The notes below the pieces were generated by a model. The model was not told the DNA's origin and searched no databases. It was given only the letters and a program-made list of their open reading frames with translations. The translations under genes were made by a program, and so were the position numbers. DNA of 64,000 nucleotides from Felis catus (lineage: Eukaryota), in contig NC_058370.1 in the NCBI RefSeq assembly GCF_018350175.1, positions 15,066,001 to 15,130,000 of the forward strand, read 5' to 3'. Shown in pieces: positions 23,801-42,968 of the stretch (positions are counted from its first letter, which is position 1; the number at the start of each line of letters is the position of its first letter).

Positions 23801-26800
23801 GTATGAGTTCCTCTCCACATTCATCACCTCGGGGATGCGCTTCCTCCTCAACCAGCAGGTACGGCAGTGGTGGTGGTGGTGGCGGGTGGGGTGCCCTCCG
23901 TTTTGAAGGCCCTGACTCTGGACCCCGCCCTGCAGATTTGCCCCGTGCTCTACCATGCAGGGATGGTGCTGCTCAATTCCCTCCTGGACACCGTGCCCGG
24001 TGAGTTGGCGCTGGCTGGGCGGGGAGCTCTGGGCCACGCCTGGGGCTGGACTGGGGGGTAGGGAGGAGGCTGGGTATACAGCTGCCAGGCCATGGCTCAG
24101 AGCAGGCAAGGCCCCTGCCACACCCTGGGTTCCCATATGGCCTCTGCTGCGGACTTGCCCTGTGTGACCCCAGGTCAGTACTCACTTCTCTCTGGGCCTT
24201 GCCATCTTCGCCTGGCTGGGGTGCCTCCCCGTGGGGTTGCTGTGAGCATTAGCTGCGTGACGATTGTCAAGGTCCTCTGTCTTTATGTGCTCGCTGATCA
24301 TTGGGACCCCGTGTGTGTTCGTCCCCTGCACTTAATAGGTGCTCAACTAACATGGATTCCCTTTTCCTAAGCTTTGACCTCTGTCTGCTGTGGGGTAGAG
24401 ATCACCGTGCCCCCTACACGGGGCACAGGGAGGGAGGGAGGAGGCAGGGAAAACTCATGAGGGCAGGGAATCCCTTGTCATGTTGTTTCGTGATCTGATA
24501 AAAGCCCTGTAGTAGTGGTGGTGGTAGGAGGAGTAATAGCAGCTTCTTCCCACATAAAGCTAATTTGATCCCCGCAACAACCCTATGAGGGAAGATTGAT
24601 GACCATCATTTACGGGTGAGAAACAGGCCCCAAAGGGTGAACACCTCGCCCAGCGTGACACAGCGTGAGTGACTGAGCTCCTTCCCACAGTACGCAGCAA
24701 TGTGGATGAGCTTGTTGGCATCGACTACTCCCTCCTGAAGGATCCTGCAGCTTCTGCCAGCAATCTGGACATGGACTTCCGGGTGAGCTGCCTGGCTGGT
24801 GTGGCATCTCTGACCTGTCCCCTGCGTCGCTGCCTTTGTCTTCCTGAACCACAGCTCTGATGAGGCCACTCCGTTGCTGAGCCTGCCATGGCTCCCCATT
24901 GCCTACAGAATCAGGGTCAACTCCTGGGGCCGGCCCCACCTTTCTAACTTCACCCTGTTTCTCTGCGGTCATTCTTTCCCAAATATGCACCCTCGTTTCC
25001 TACCTCAGGGCCTTTGCTCATGCACTGCCCTTCCCCATCTTCCCTGAAGGAGCTGGACATACGGCTCTATGCACATAATCTCATTTCACTCTCACGCCTG
25101 TGTGAGTCAGGCACTTCTGTTTTATTTATTTTGGGGATGTGGACACTTGCTCGAAGGGGTGATGTCACTTGCCCAAGGCCACACAGCTACTACGTGGCCA
25201 TTTCCTTTGCTCCCCACAGTGGATGGAGTGTAGCGGTTTCAGAGCAAGGATTAGAGCTGGCATGTCTGAAGTTCAGGTCCTGGCTCTGCCACTTACTTGC
25301 TGCGTGATCTTAAGCAAGTGGCTTAGGGGCACCTGGGTGGCTCAGTCGGTTAAGCATCCGACTTCAGCACAGGTCACGATCTCACGGTTCGTGAGTTCGA
25401 GCCTCACGTCGGGCTCTGTGCTCCCCTCACGTGGGGGAGGGGCAGAGAGAGAGGGAGACGCAGAATCCGAAGCAGGTTCCAGGCTCTGAGCTGTCAGCAC
25501 AGAGCCCGACGTGGGGCTCGAACTCACAAACCGTGCGATTGTGACCTGAGCTGAAGTTGGACACTTAACCTACTGAGCTACCCAAGCACGCCCCCCCCAA
25601 AATTTTTTTAAGCAAGTGGCTTAACCTTTCTGTGCCCATTTCCTACTAATATGTAAATGGCTATAATACAGTAAGAAAACATCTCTCACGGAGGATTATG
25701 TGGATTAAAGGAGTTGGTGTATGTCAAGGGCATGGAAGAATTCCTGTGTAAGATGTAAGCAGCAGCTATTATTGCTGCCATATATCGTTCAAGGCCCACT
25801 GAAATGCCACCTCCTCCTGAACCCTTTCCTGAGCTTCCGTTCTCCAGTCTGACGGGAGTGCTCCCTTGAAGCTGCCCTCCTCTGCATGCCTTTTTAAGAA
25901 TTGTGCTAATGAGGGTGCCTGGCTGGCCCAGGTGGGAGGAACATGCGACTCTTGATCTTGGGGTCGTGAGCCCAAGCCCCACGTTGGGTGTGGAGATTAA
26001 ATAAATAAAACTTAAAAATTGTGCTGAGGAGTCCCCTAAGGACAGCAGCTGGGTCTGACCCCCACCATCCCTCACAGTGCCTGCCACAGGGTGTGGGAAC
26101 ATCTGGGTGCTGGGCCAGTCTGCCTCGGCCTTGACCCTGATCCCCCAACTGCAGGGGGCCTTCTTTCCCCTGGCGGAGGGCAACTGGAGCTTGCCCAACC
26201 GGGCGGTTGAGCCCCAGCTGCGGGAGGAGGAGCGGATGGTGTACGTGGCCTTCTCCGAGTTCTTCTTCGACTCCGCCATGGAAAGCTACTTCCGAGCGGG
26301 TGCCCTGAAGCTGTCACTGGTGGGGGACAAGGTATGCCAGGGCCTGTTTGTGGGATGGGCAAGAGGGGCCCTGTCACGGAGCTCCTGATGACCCTGCTTC
26401 ACCCCCAATTTCCCTACCCAGGTGCCCCACGATCTGGACATGCTGCTGAGGGCCACCTACTTTGGGAGCATCGTCCTGCTGGTGAGTGCGGGCAGGAGGT
26501 AGGCACCTGGCCAGGGTGGGAGGGCATAGCACCTGCATACCAGTGAGGGAACGGTGGAGGCGTGCGGGTGGAGTCCCCCCGAGGCCACTGTGGAATAGAC
26601 AGAAGGCCTGGCCTCCTGCCTGTGACCCGGTCCTCTTATTTGTCAAACTCATTTCCAAGTCCTTGAAGGGCCCTTGCTACTTCCTGCTCTTCATGAAGCT
26701 ATGAGGACAGGCTGAGACCCAAGCTCTGTAAGCGTAGGGGCGCTTTAACAATGACTGATGTAGTCTTTTTTCTTTTTAAGTTAGTTAATTAGATTGTTAA

Positions 26801-29800
26801 ATAATCTCTATGCCCTTTGTGGGGCTTCAACGCACGACCCCAAGATTAAGAGTCTTGTGTTCTACTGACTGAGCTAGCCAGGTGCCCCTGATGTGGTTTT
26901 CTTTTTTGCCTTATTTTCCCTTGTTTAATGGAGGAGTTCCCACCTACTCTTTCAAAATGGAAAAAGCATCTTAGTGACCATTAAAGGACTTGCCCTTAAT
27001 TTCCTTTATACTATACAACCTCACAGAACTGTCATGAGTATTAGCTGAATCAATTCACGCAAAGGGACTGGAACAGCACCGGGTGCAGAGTAAGTGCTCA
27101 GGAAACACTCACTGGCTGCTGTTCTTATCATCGCTGTTAGCACCATCGTCTCCATCAACCTGATGGCCAAGCGTCAGTAAGAGTGTGGACTCTCTTGCCA
27201 GACTGCCTGGGTCTGAATCCCAGGTTCTGCAACTGGAGGACCACATAACCTTGGACAAGTACTTAACCTCTCTGTGCCTCAATTTTCCCATCTCAAAAAT
27301 GAGTAGAATACCTGCCTCACATGGTCATTGAGAGGTTTCAATGGGCTAACACAAGTGAAGTAGCAGTGCCTATCGGACAAAGGACACGGCAGGTTAGAGA
27401 GAGGAAATATGGCAGAGAGAGGGGATATTTGATGCAAACACAGTCTCAGGAGTCTGGTTGAAGATGGATCCCCACGACCAAGAGCTCAGGAAGGCAGAAA
27501 AGGAGGAGACATTTCTAGAATGAGACATTCCCTTGTGTGAGCAAAGGCACAGAGGCTGGACACAATTTTGAAGGGTCTGGGAAGCCACACCAGCCTTCAT
27601 ATTTGTGTGCCTGGGCTCCCAGCGGGCAGAACCTGAGCCAGCCCTCCTCCCCTCCTGGTGCTCATCAGGGAACAGATCTGGGTTTTGACCCACCCTCGCT
27701 CCTCTGTCCCCAGAGCCCGGCGGTGATCGACTCCCCGCTGAAGTTGGAGCTAAGGGTCCTGGCCCCACCTCGCTGCACCATCAAGCCCTCGGGTACCACC
27801 GTCTCTGTCACCGCGAGTGTCACCATCGCCCTGGTCCCGTCCGACCAGCCTGAGGTCCAACTGTCCAGCATGATTATGGTGCGGGCACCAGATTAGGAGC
27901 TACTGAGGGTCAGGGAGATGCGGGCTGTTGATCCTCTGGGTCCGTAACACCCCCCTCCCAACTCCTTGCCTGCAGGACACCCGTCTCAGCGCCAAGGTGG
28001 CACTCCGGGGAAAGGCGCTGCGCGTCCAGCTGGACCTGCGCCGGTAAGCAGATGGCCAAGATCTCGGGCAAGCCCTTAACCTCCCTGAGCCTCCGTGTCT
28101 TCAGGTTAATTGCACCTGCCCAACAAGTGGGGAGCTGAAATTCACTCAGATCTACAGCCACTGGAGAGCTAAGGTCTTTGTTAATGCATAACAAATGCAT
28201 CTTATTCAAGGGTAACTTCTCTGCCTTGTCTTACACCCGAGAGAGAGGCAGAACAGATATTATGAGGTGTCCAAATTGGCCCAGCAAGGTTAAAGAACGT
28301 GCCCTCAGTCACACAGCACAGAGCCAAACAACATGGGTTCGGGCAGAAACCTCAGCACAAATTCTGTGATCTTGAGAAGAGTCACTTTATCTTTCTAAGC
28401 TTCATTTTCTTCATGGGCTAAACGTAGGGAAAAGTAGCATCCATTTTGTAAGGTTGTGCTGTTTGTGATGCTAGCCACAGGTGCTAGGGGTTAAATGAGA
28501 TACTGCAGGGCAGTAGTTAAGAGCCTAGATTCTAGAGGCAGATTCTGCCATTTACCAGCTGTTGAGACCTCAGACAAATTACTTAACCTCTCTAGGCTTG
28601 ATCCGCCCCATCTAAAAAGCGCGAGTTGTTTAACAGTGCCTACTTCTTAGGGTTGTTAGGAGGATTAAGTCAGTTGGCATTTTAAAATATCTTAATGATA
28701 GTTAACTTTTTGTAACACGCTTAGTATCTGGTAGGGAGGAAGCTCTGTACGTTCTGTTAAATAAACACAAACAACACAGGCAAAGCTGCCAGCACGAGTC
28801 TGGCGTAGAGGAAGCGCTCAACAAATTAAAAGTAGTAGCCTTGGAAAAGAGGAACCCAAAGAGGGAGAAATGACTCACCCAGGGATGCACACCTGGAAAG
28901 CGGCAGAAGCCCCGGACAGGTGTGTAGGTGGGAGCATTGCGGGCTGAAAGTCAGGGGCCTTCTGGCGGGTAGGCCTGGGTGGCCTGAGGAAGGGGAACTT
29001 CCAGGGTTCGTGCCCACCAGACACTTGTCTCCCATAGGTTCCGAATCTACTCGAACCAGTCTGCACTGGAGTCGCTGGCAGTGAGTTGGGAGTGGCGAGG
29101 GGGCCAGGGCTGGGTTGGGGCCGGGCAGCTAAGGCAAGTCCGCTTCCTGCTGGCTGCCCTGACTTCCTGCCTCCTCCCTCCCAGCTGATCCCGCTGCAGA
29201 CCCCTCTGAAGACCATGCTGCAGATTGGGGTGATGCCCATGCTCAATGGTAGGGCTGGGGACGGGAGGGAGGAGAGGGAAAGGAGAGGGGAGCTGGGTGG
29301 ACCCAGGTTGAGCCCGCTGCTCCCACCCACAGAGCGGATGTGGCGGGGGGTGCAGATCCCACTACCCGAGGGCATCAACTTCGTGCGCGAGGTGGTGACC
29401 AACCATGCGGTGAGTGGGGGTGGGGAGTGAGTGATGGAGAAAGAGGGCAGAGCCTTCCCCCCACTTCACGACCCTGACCTCCCTCTGCTGTCAGATCCCA
29501 GCCCCTCCCTTATCAAGTTTCGCTCCCATTTTAATCTTCCATCAGACCTCAGCCCTCTGCACAGGCTGTGCCCTCACCTGACAACACTCTTCCTGGATCC
29601 CACTTTAACACCTGAGCTAAGAGGCCATCTCAGAAGCCCTCCTTGACCCCCACAGGCCACGCTCCTGCAGCCTCTTTCACACCCTTCACAGGAGTTAGAA
29701 CTTCTTTGAGGCTCCTCTCCCACTAGATTGAGAGCCCTTCAAGGCCAAGGGCCTGTCTCGATCTTTAGATTTGGGTCTCTGTAATGGAATGAAGAGGCTC

Positions 29801-29954
29801 CCCTCTCTGCCCCACTGCACAGGGCTTCCTCACCATCGGAGCCGACCTCCACTTTGCCAAAGGGCTGCGAGAGGTGATTGAGAAGAACCGGCCTGTCAGC
29901 ACCAGCGACACCTCGGCATCCAGTGCCCCACCACCTGCCACGACGGCTGCCTGA
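20862..29954 (+). CDS. PLTP: Phospholipid transfer protein (BPI/LBP/CETP family), 496 aa
   Basis: Coding exons 20862-20961, 21049-21148, 21822-21950, 22232-22387, 23795-23858, 23936-23999, 24691-24782, 26155-26331, 26422-26481, 27714-27878, 27976-28043, 29038-29080, 29185-29248, 29333-29409, 29823-29954 (1491 nt, TGA). Signal peptide MALFGALFLALLAGAQA, then ELPGCKIRITSKALELVKQEGLRFLEQELE; C-terminal GFLTIGADLHFAKGLREVIEKN. Confidence 0.98.
22758..23290. mobile_element. Inverted pair of CAN-SINEs in PLTP intron 5
   Basis: + copy at ~22758-22930, - copy at ~23095-23290. Confidence 0.85.
25310..25623. mobile_element. Fused inverted CAN-SINE pair flanked by a 16-bp target-site duplication
   Basis: TTAAGCAAGTGGCTTA at 25310-25325 and 25608-25623. 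The 5' half of a + SINE (25326-25422) is joined to a tail-less - SINE (~25430-25594). Confidence 0.85.
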
Positions 29955-30075
29955 GCCCTCAACCCCACGCTGGCAGGGGCATCCAGGACTTCGGCCCTCT
30001 CGGCCCCTCCCAGCCTATAGCATCCTGTGTAACCCCCAGTGCCACAGAGAAGACAGGGTTTTAAGCTGTACCCAA

Positions 30076-30081
30076 TTTAAT
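30076..30081 (-). terminator. CTSA: CTSA polyadenylation signal (ATTAAA)
   Basis: Minus strand reads GGAATTAAATTGGGTACAGCTT, ~330 nt after the CTSA stop. Confidence 0.7.
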
Positions 30082-30195
30082 TCCATAATCACACTCAATC
30101 CATCAATTAGTCCGTCCACCCTCCCCGCGGGCTGTCCTGAGCTCTGCTGTGTTCCAGTGCATTAAGGGAGGGGGCCAGGCCGCACCCCAGTCAGG

Positions 30196-30201
30196 AATAA
30201 A
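30196..30201 (+). terminator. PLTP: Candidate PLTP polyadenylation signal (AATAAA)
   Basis: First canonical AATAAA after the PLTP stop (29954). Confidence 0.5.
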
Positions 30202-30409
30202 GTGCTAACTCCCCCAGGCTGTCTACGTGAGGCACTGGGGCCCGGTCTGGGAGGCAGAGGGCTGTGGGGGAGGCAGGGGCGGGGGAGCAGTTCTGGAGGC
30301 AGGGACCTGCCCCACAGGGGCATTTTGCATAAAGGTGGACCTCCCTTCTAGCAGGAGGGGCCAGGAAGAGGGGCTGGATCAGGCAGAAGGGGACCAGTCT
30401 CCGTGGTCA

Positions 30410-36017
<5,608 letters not shown>

Positions 36018-36400
36018 GTGGAGTCCGAGTCACGTGGGCGCCGGCGCCACGTGACAGTCTTCCTCCGGTGCCTCTCAGGTCTCCGGGGACCCCGGGGACG
36101 CAGGCGGCGGCGGCGGCCGGCACTGGGTCAGAGTCCGCGGGCTTCTCAGGTTATCTCGCGGGCGCCAGCCATCGGATGACCCAGATGTGGGCGGCCAGGA
36201 TCCCCCGGCCTCCCGGGGGCCCCGGTCCAGGCAGGATGGCTGAGCGAGCGGCGCTAGGACCCCCGGGCAGAGCCTCGGGGAAGGGGGTGGGGGGGGGGTG
36301 GAGTGGGAGGGATACCTTACAAGGTGCCCCCGCGGTCACCCTCAGAGCACGCCGCCCAAAATAGCCCCCGGCGCCCGCTGGCCTGTCTCACGGCTGGGAG

Positions 36401-38019
36401 ATGGCTGCTGTCTCCGAGCCCGTGGACTTGGGTGCGCCTTGGAGAGCCGCGCGCCCCGAGCCCCCTCCCACCCGCTTCCACAGGGTGCATGGTGCCAACA
36501 TCCGCGTGGACCCCTCCGGGACGCGGGCCACACGCGTGGAGAGTTTCGCTCACGGCCTGTGCTTCAGTCGCGAGCCGCTGGCCCCGGGCCAGGTATTCTT
36601 GGTCGAGATCGAGGAGAAAGAGCTGGGCTGGTGCGGGCACCTGCGCCTCGGCCTGACTGCGCTAGACCCTGCCACTCTGGCCGCGGTGCCCGAGTTTTCG
36701 CTGCCCGACCTGGTCAGCCTCGGCCACACCTGGGTCTTTGCCATCACGCGCCATCACAACCGCGTGCCCCGGGAGGACGGCCCGGAGGCAGAGGCAGCGG
36801 TCCCCAGCCGCCCCCCAGCCCTCCTGGTGGAACCCTATCTGTGCATTGAGCAGTTTCGCATTCCCCGAGACCGCCTGGTGGGCCGCAGCCGGCCCGGGCT
36901 CTACAGCCACCTCCTGGATCAGCTGTATGAGCTGAACGTGCTGCCTCCGACCGCGCGCCGCAGCCGCCTGGGCGTTCTTTTCTGCCCGCGCCCTGACGGC
37001 ACGGCGGACATGCACATCGTCATCAACGGCGAGGACATGGGTCCCAGCGCCCGGGGGCTGCCAGCCGCCCAGCCCCTCTACGCAGTGGTGGACGTCTTTG
37101 CCTCCACCAAGAGTGTGCGCCTTGTCCAGCTCGAGTATGGCTGTAGGTATCCCACCCCCTGGGCAGCGACCCCTCCTGGCCCAGTGTGGGACAGGAACTT
37201 GCGAGGACTCCCAAGCCAGCTAGCAAGGCCTTGGTCTGTCCAGCATTTGTTTAGAAGTTGGGGAATCGAATTTCCAATTATGCCTCTGCTTGTGATCTTG
37301 GACAAGTGGCTCTCTGGCTCTGGGTCTCAGTTTAGCCATCTCAGCTGTGATGGATTAGGATGCTGGCTTTGCCAGTATTTTCTGTATTAACCTAGAATCC
37401 CTAGGGCAGGGATTCTAAACTGATTTTACATCCAGGCTGCTTTGAAATCGTGTGCCCTTTTATTCGACAAATGCTCCTAGATTTAGGCATACCAGTTCAA
37501 AGGCACTGTAGGCCCCGGATTGAGAGCGTCTTAATCCTGAGGTCTGGTTCTTTATAGCTCTGCTAAGCTCTTTATTTATTCCTGTGATCATTTTGTGGAT
37601 TCACTGAACTAGAACCCACTCTGTCAGGCCTATGCCGGAAGCTGGGTGAGCATAGGTGAATCAAGCACTACCTATATCCCCGGAAGCTGCTAAGGAGGGG
37701 TTAAAATAGAAATAGGGCTGCAGCAATGTCAAAGTTTGGAAAAGAGGTGCTTATCTTGACCACATGAACAGCCCCATGACTCAGGCTGGGCCTGGAGAGC
37801 AGAAGGAACTTGCCCAAGTTAATGACAAAGGGAGAACCGAGACCTAGATCTTTTGGGTCTCAGCCTCAAGTTCAGTTTGCCTTTGACAGCCTTCTTTCCA
37901 CAGTGCCGTCCCTGCAGACTCTGTGCCGCCTAGTCATCCAGAGGAGTGTGGTGCACCGGTTGGCCATCGATGGGCTCCACCTGCCGAAAGGACTTAAGGA
38001 TTTCTGCAAGTATGAGTAA
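36401..38019 (+). CDS. NEURL2: Neuralized-like protein 2 (Ozz), NHR domain plus SOCS box E3 adaptor, 285 aa
   Basis: Exons 36401-37142 and 37904-38019 (858 nt). RFHRVHGANIRVDPSGTRATRVESFAHGLCFSREPL (NHR); LPSLQTLCRLVIQR...IDGLHLPKGLKDFCKYE (SOCS box). AATAAA at 38120-38125. Confidence 0.97.
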
Positions 38020-38232
38020 GGGCTTGCGGCCACCCCGGAACAGGGCCACCAGAGCATGTCCTGGCTCTGGAGCTGTGGCTGGTCCGAAGCTGGCCATCTT
38101 GCTGCCAGCCAGGCCTGGAAATAAACACACCGATGCTGACACTGATCACTGGAGGGTCTCCTTGCCCTGGAAGCCTGTGAGGGGCACTTTTTAGAATTGT
38201 TGTGGGTCAGCAGGTCAGAGCAAGAGAGACCA

Positions 38233-38440
38233 TTTTATTTTTTTAAGTTTATTTATTTTTGAGAGAGAGAGAGAGAGAACGAGTGGGGAAGGGGCAGAGA
38301 GAGAGGGAGAGAATCCCGAGCAGGCTCCACACTGTCAGCACGGAGCCCGATGCTGGGCTTGAATTCACGAACCATGAGATCATGACCTGAGCTGAAACCA
38401 AGAGTCGGGCGCTTAACAGACTGAGCCACCCAGTCACCCC
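38233..38440 (-). mobile_element. CAN-SINE
   Basis: Reverse-complement head, (GA)n and poly(T). Confidence 0.85.
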
Positions 38441-38469
38441 AAGAGAGAACATTTTAGACATTACCTAGA

Positions 38470-38830
38470 CCAGTGGTACCCAGCCTGTCTACTCATTAGG
38501 GTTATCTGGGATACCTAGAAAGCTGATGCCCCAAACTCCATCTCCAGAGATTCTCATTCCATTTGTCAAAGGATTAGGCCTAGACATCGTTGCTTTGTAA
38601 AAACAGCCTGGAGGTTCTAACATAGAGTCAGGATTGAGAAGCGCTCCTTTAGAATAGAGGTCTTGACTTTGGCATATATTATAACCACTTAAAGACCTTT
38701 GAAAAATACTGACAACTGGGTCTGACCCTGGGATTCTGATTTAATTGGTCTGGGATGAGACTGGACCTCAGTATTTTTAAAAAGCTCCCAAGAGAACTTA
38801 ATGTGCACCCCAGTGTGCGACCCGGGTCCC
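38470..38830. mobile_element. MER5-like hAT (Charlie) MITE fragments
   Basis: CAGTGGT...GATTGAGAA and GATTCTGATTTAATTGGTCTGGG...AAAAGCTCCCAAG motifs typical of MER5. Confidence 0.55.
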
Positions 38831-39302
38831 AGACCAACGATTTCATTTTGCAGTCGGGAAACTGAAGCCTAGAGATGGGCACGTATTCCAGAGGCACACA
38901 GCAAACTCCCTCTCTCATACTGCAGAGCACAAAGCACTCGCCTCCTTTATTTCTATCTCTGATCTTTTGCTTCCATACAAATAATCGCATTTAATCCTCA
39001 CAACGCTGGTGAGGTGGTGGGCGGCCATTACTCCCACTTTAGAGAAGACTGTCCAGGAATAAAACTGTCAAAGTGACTCGCCCAAGGTAGAGGTAAGAAC
39101 CTAGAATGTCCGGTCCCTGGTCCAATGCTCTTTTAACCCCATCCCATTGTCATATACGGGTTCTAGAATGAACAGGTCAGTGCCGTGAGGTGGGTTCCAG
39201 GTGTACAAGGGAGGGACTATGAAGTGACGTTCTAGAATGGTGGAAAGGGTAGGAGAGGAGGCAGGTGACTGTTCCCTCACAAACGGGAGCTTTGGGGCAG
39301 AC

Positions 39303-40362
39303 ATGTCCTATTTCATGTCTCCACAAGCTCATCAAGGTCTTCTGCCTTCCAGCCAAGGTGAGAGAGGGTCTTCTGGAACTGGAGGGGGCACCACAACTTC
39401 CCCTGAGAACGTGTTTCCTGCCTCCTGGGAGGTGGAGGTTCTGCGGGGGATTTGGGGGCTGGCCCTGGAGTCAATTCTCTGAAGAACGCCATTCCAAAAG
39501 TCCTTGCCGGTAGCTACCTGCCTGCTCACTCATTCATTCAACAAACACTTCTCCGTTACTTATTCGATGTTGGGGCCTGGGGATGTGGGTATGAGTAAAA
39601 CACCTAGTTCCTCACCACTAGACAGCCCTGCTGGGGCTCCTGTTTCCAGTGCTCTGCTCCTATGCCCTGCCCCTCAGGGCCTCCTCAAAGAGACCGAGAA
39701 TAACATTCCATCTCCTTCCTGTCTCTACAGGTGGGGCTGCTTCTCCGGGCGCATCCCTTGGCCTCTATAGTGCTGTAGAGCCAGTAGTGGTGGCCCCTGG
39801 TGGACTAGGCCCACTGAGCCAGAAACCTGAGCAGGTGGCGCCTGCTGCCCAGGCCCGGGCCCCGGCCCTGGCAGTGCCGGAAGCCAGGGGCTGCCCTGGG
39901 GGGGCTAGCTGGGAGACCCTGCGGCGGAAGGAGTACAGCCGATACCACCACAAGTCCCCCCACGCGAGGCAGCCGGAGAGCTTGGGCTGGGAGGACGGCT
40001 GCTCCAGAAACAGAGCTCCCCACCTGGGTGGCCCCAGCAGGCCTGGGCCCCTGCTGCTGTGTGGGCTGTCACCAGGGATTTTACCCATGCCCTCTGAGGC
40101 TGGGGGGAAGGAGGCCGGCTCCCAGCCTGACATCTGCATCCTTACCCTGGCCATGATGATCGCTGGCATCCCCACCGTGCCTGTCCCCGGCCTGCGGGAA
40201 GAGGACCTGATCCGGGCAGCTCAAGCTTTCATGATGGCCCATCCGGAGCCAGAGGGGGCTGTGGAGGGGGCGCGGTGGGAGCAGGCACGCGCCCACGCAG
40301 CCTCTGGGCAAATGCCCCTAATGGGATCCAGGAGAGGCCAGCCTCCTGGCTCCTGCTTGTAG
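39303..40362 (+). CDS. SPATA25: Spermatogenesis-associated protein 25, 228 aa
   Basis: Exons 39303-39357 ([19 protein letters not shown]) and 39731-40362 (...[45 protein letters not shown]...PPGSCL*). Phase consistent; syntenic position. Confidence 0.93.
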
Positions 40363-41508
40363 CTGGATGAAATAGCACCAGACACACAGGGTGGCTTCTC
40401 CGTATGGTTTTTGGGCAGACAGGATTGGGGGTGCCTGTGGCAAGGATGGGGACAGGGCAGTCGTTGGAGCTGCTCTGACGAACGCAAGTCTTTCATCAGG
40501 GTCCAGACCCCAGGAAGTTTCTCCAGATAGCACTAAGTCAGGAAATAGATCTTATCAGAGGAGTTATGATGAAAATTACCTGAGGTAGGGGGCCCGGCTC
40601 GGAGTGGAGGTCGCTTTTGTATTGTTTTGGGATCCGATCAAGATTTCTTGGACAACGTCCTAGGCAATGTGAATTTTCCTCTTGCCTTACATTTCCCGGC
40701 CAGCGGAGGGCAGGTGATGGGAGCAGAGGCAAGGAAGGAAAATGAACAGTTATTTGAGCACCCACTGGGCACTGGGCCCATTACATGCAGGCTCTCCTTT
40801 AGTCTTGCCAATGCTGTGAGATCTCCATTTTTACAGATGAACAGATTGAGCCTTTTTAAGGGTGGCTTGCCTGAAGTCTCAGAGCTAGTAACAGGCACAG
40901 CTAGGCCTCAGAAATCAGGCAAGGAACCAGGATTTGCATGTAGTGTCAGACTCCAAGTCTTTCTGCGATATTTGCTCTGCTGCCTTCTAGAAGACAAAAA
41001 ACTAGACAAGTGCTGGAATAGGCAACATTTGACTTTAATGACCTCTGGGTGGGGGATAGGGGACAAAGGCTGGGATCCACCTTCTCTGTGGGTCAGGTGA
41101 ATCATCTAATGACTGGGGAAGCTGTTACCAGGCCCCTGCCCTTGATCTCCACTGTCTTATCCTAGAGCAGGGGGTCACCTGTTTTTGCAAGGCTCTTGAG
41201 CTAAGAATGGTTTTTAACCTTCTGAAAAGGCTGTCAACGCAAAACCAAGCCAAGAATATACAAGAGAGACTGTGCCCAGCAAAGTCTAGAGTATTTACTG
41301 CTAGGCCCTTTACAGAAAAAGTTTGCTGACTCCTGTCTTAGGAACTAGACACATTTTAGGTAGCAGTCTGCAGTAGAATAGAAGAGCCTTGTCCTTTCCT
41401 GGAGGGAGGGCCCATGGAAGTACAACAGTGTGAGGGCATGTTGGTGTGTGTGTGTCGGGGTGGATGTGAGTGTGTACGTGTGTGTGAGCATCTCTGGGCA
41501 CAGGGTAA

Positions 41509-42968
<1,460 letters not shown>

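Noticed and set aside
37143-37390. 329-aa NEURL2 ORF C-terminus
   Set aside because: Read-through into intron 1; the spliced form supplies the SOCS box.
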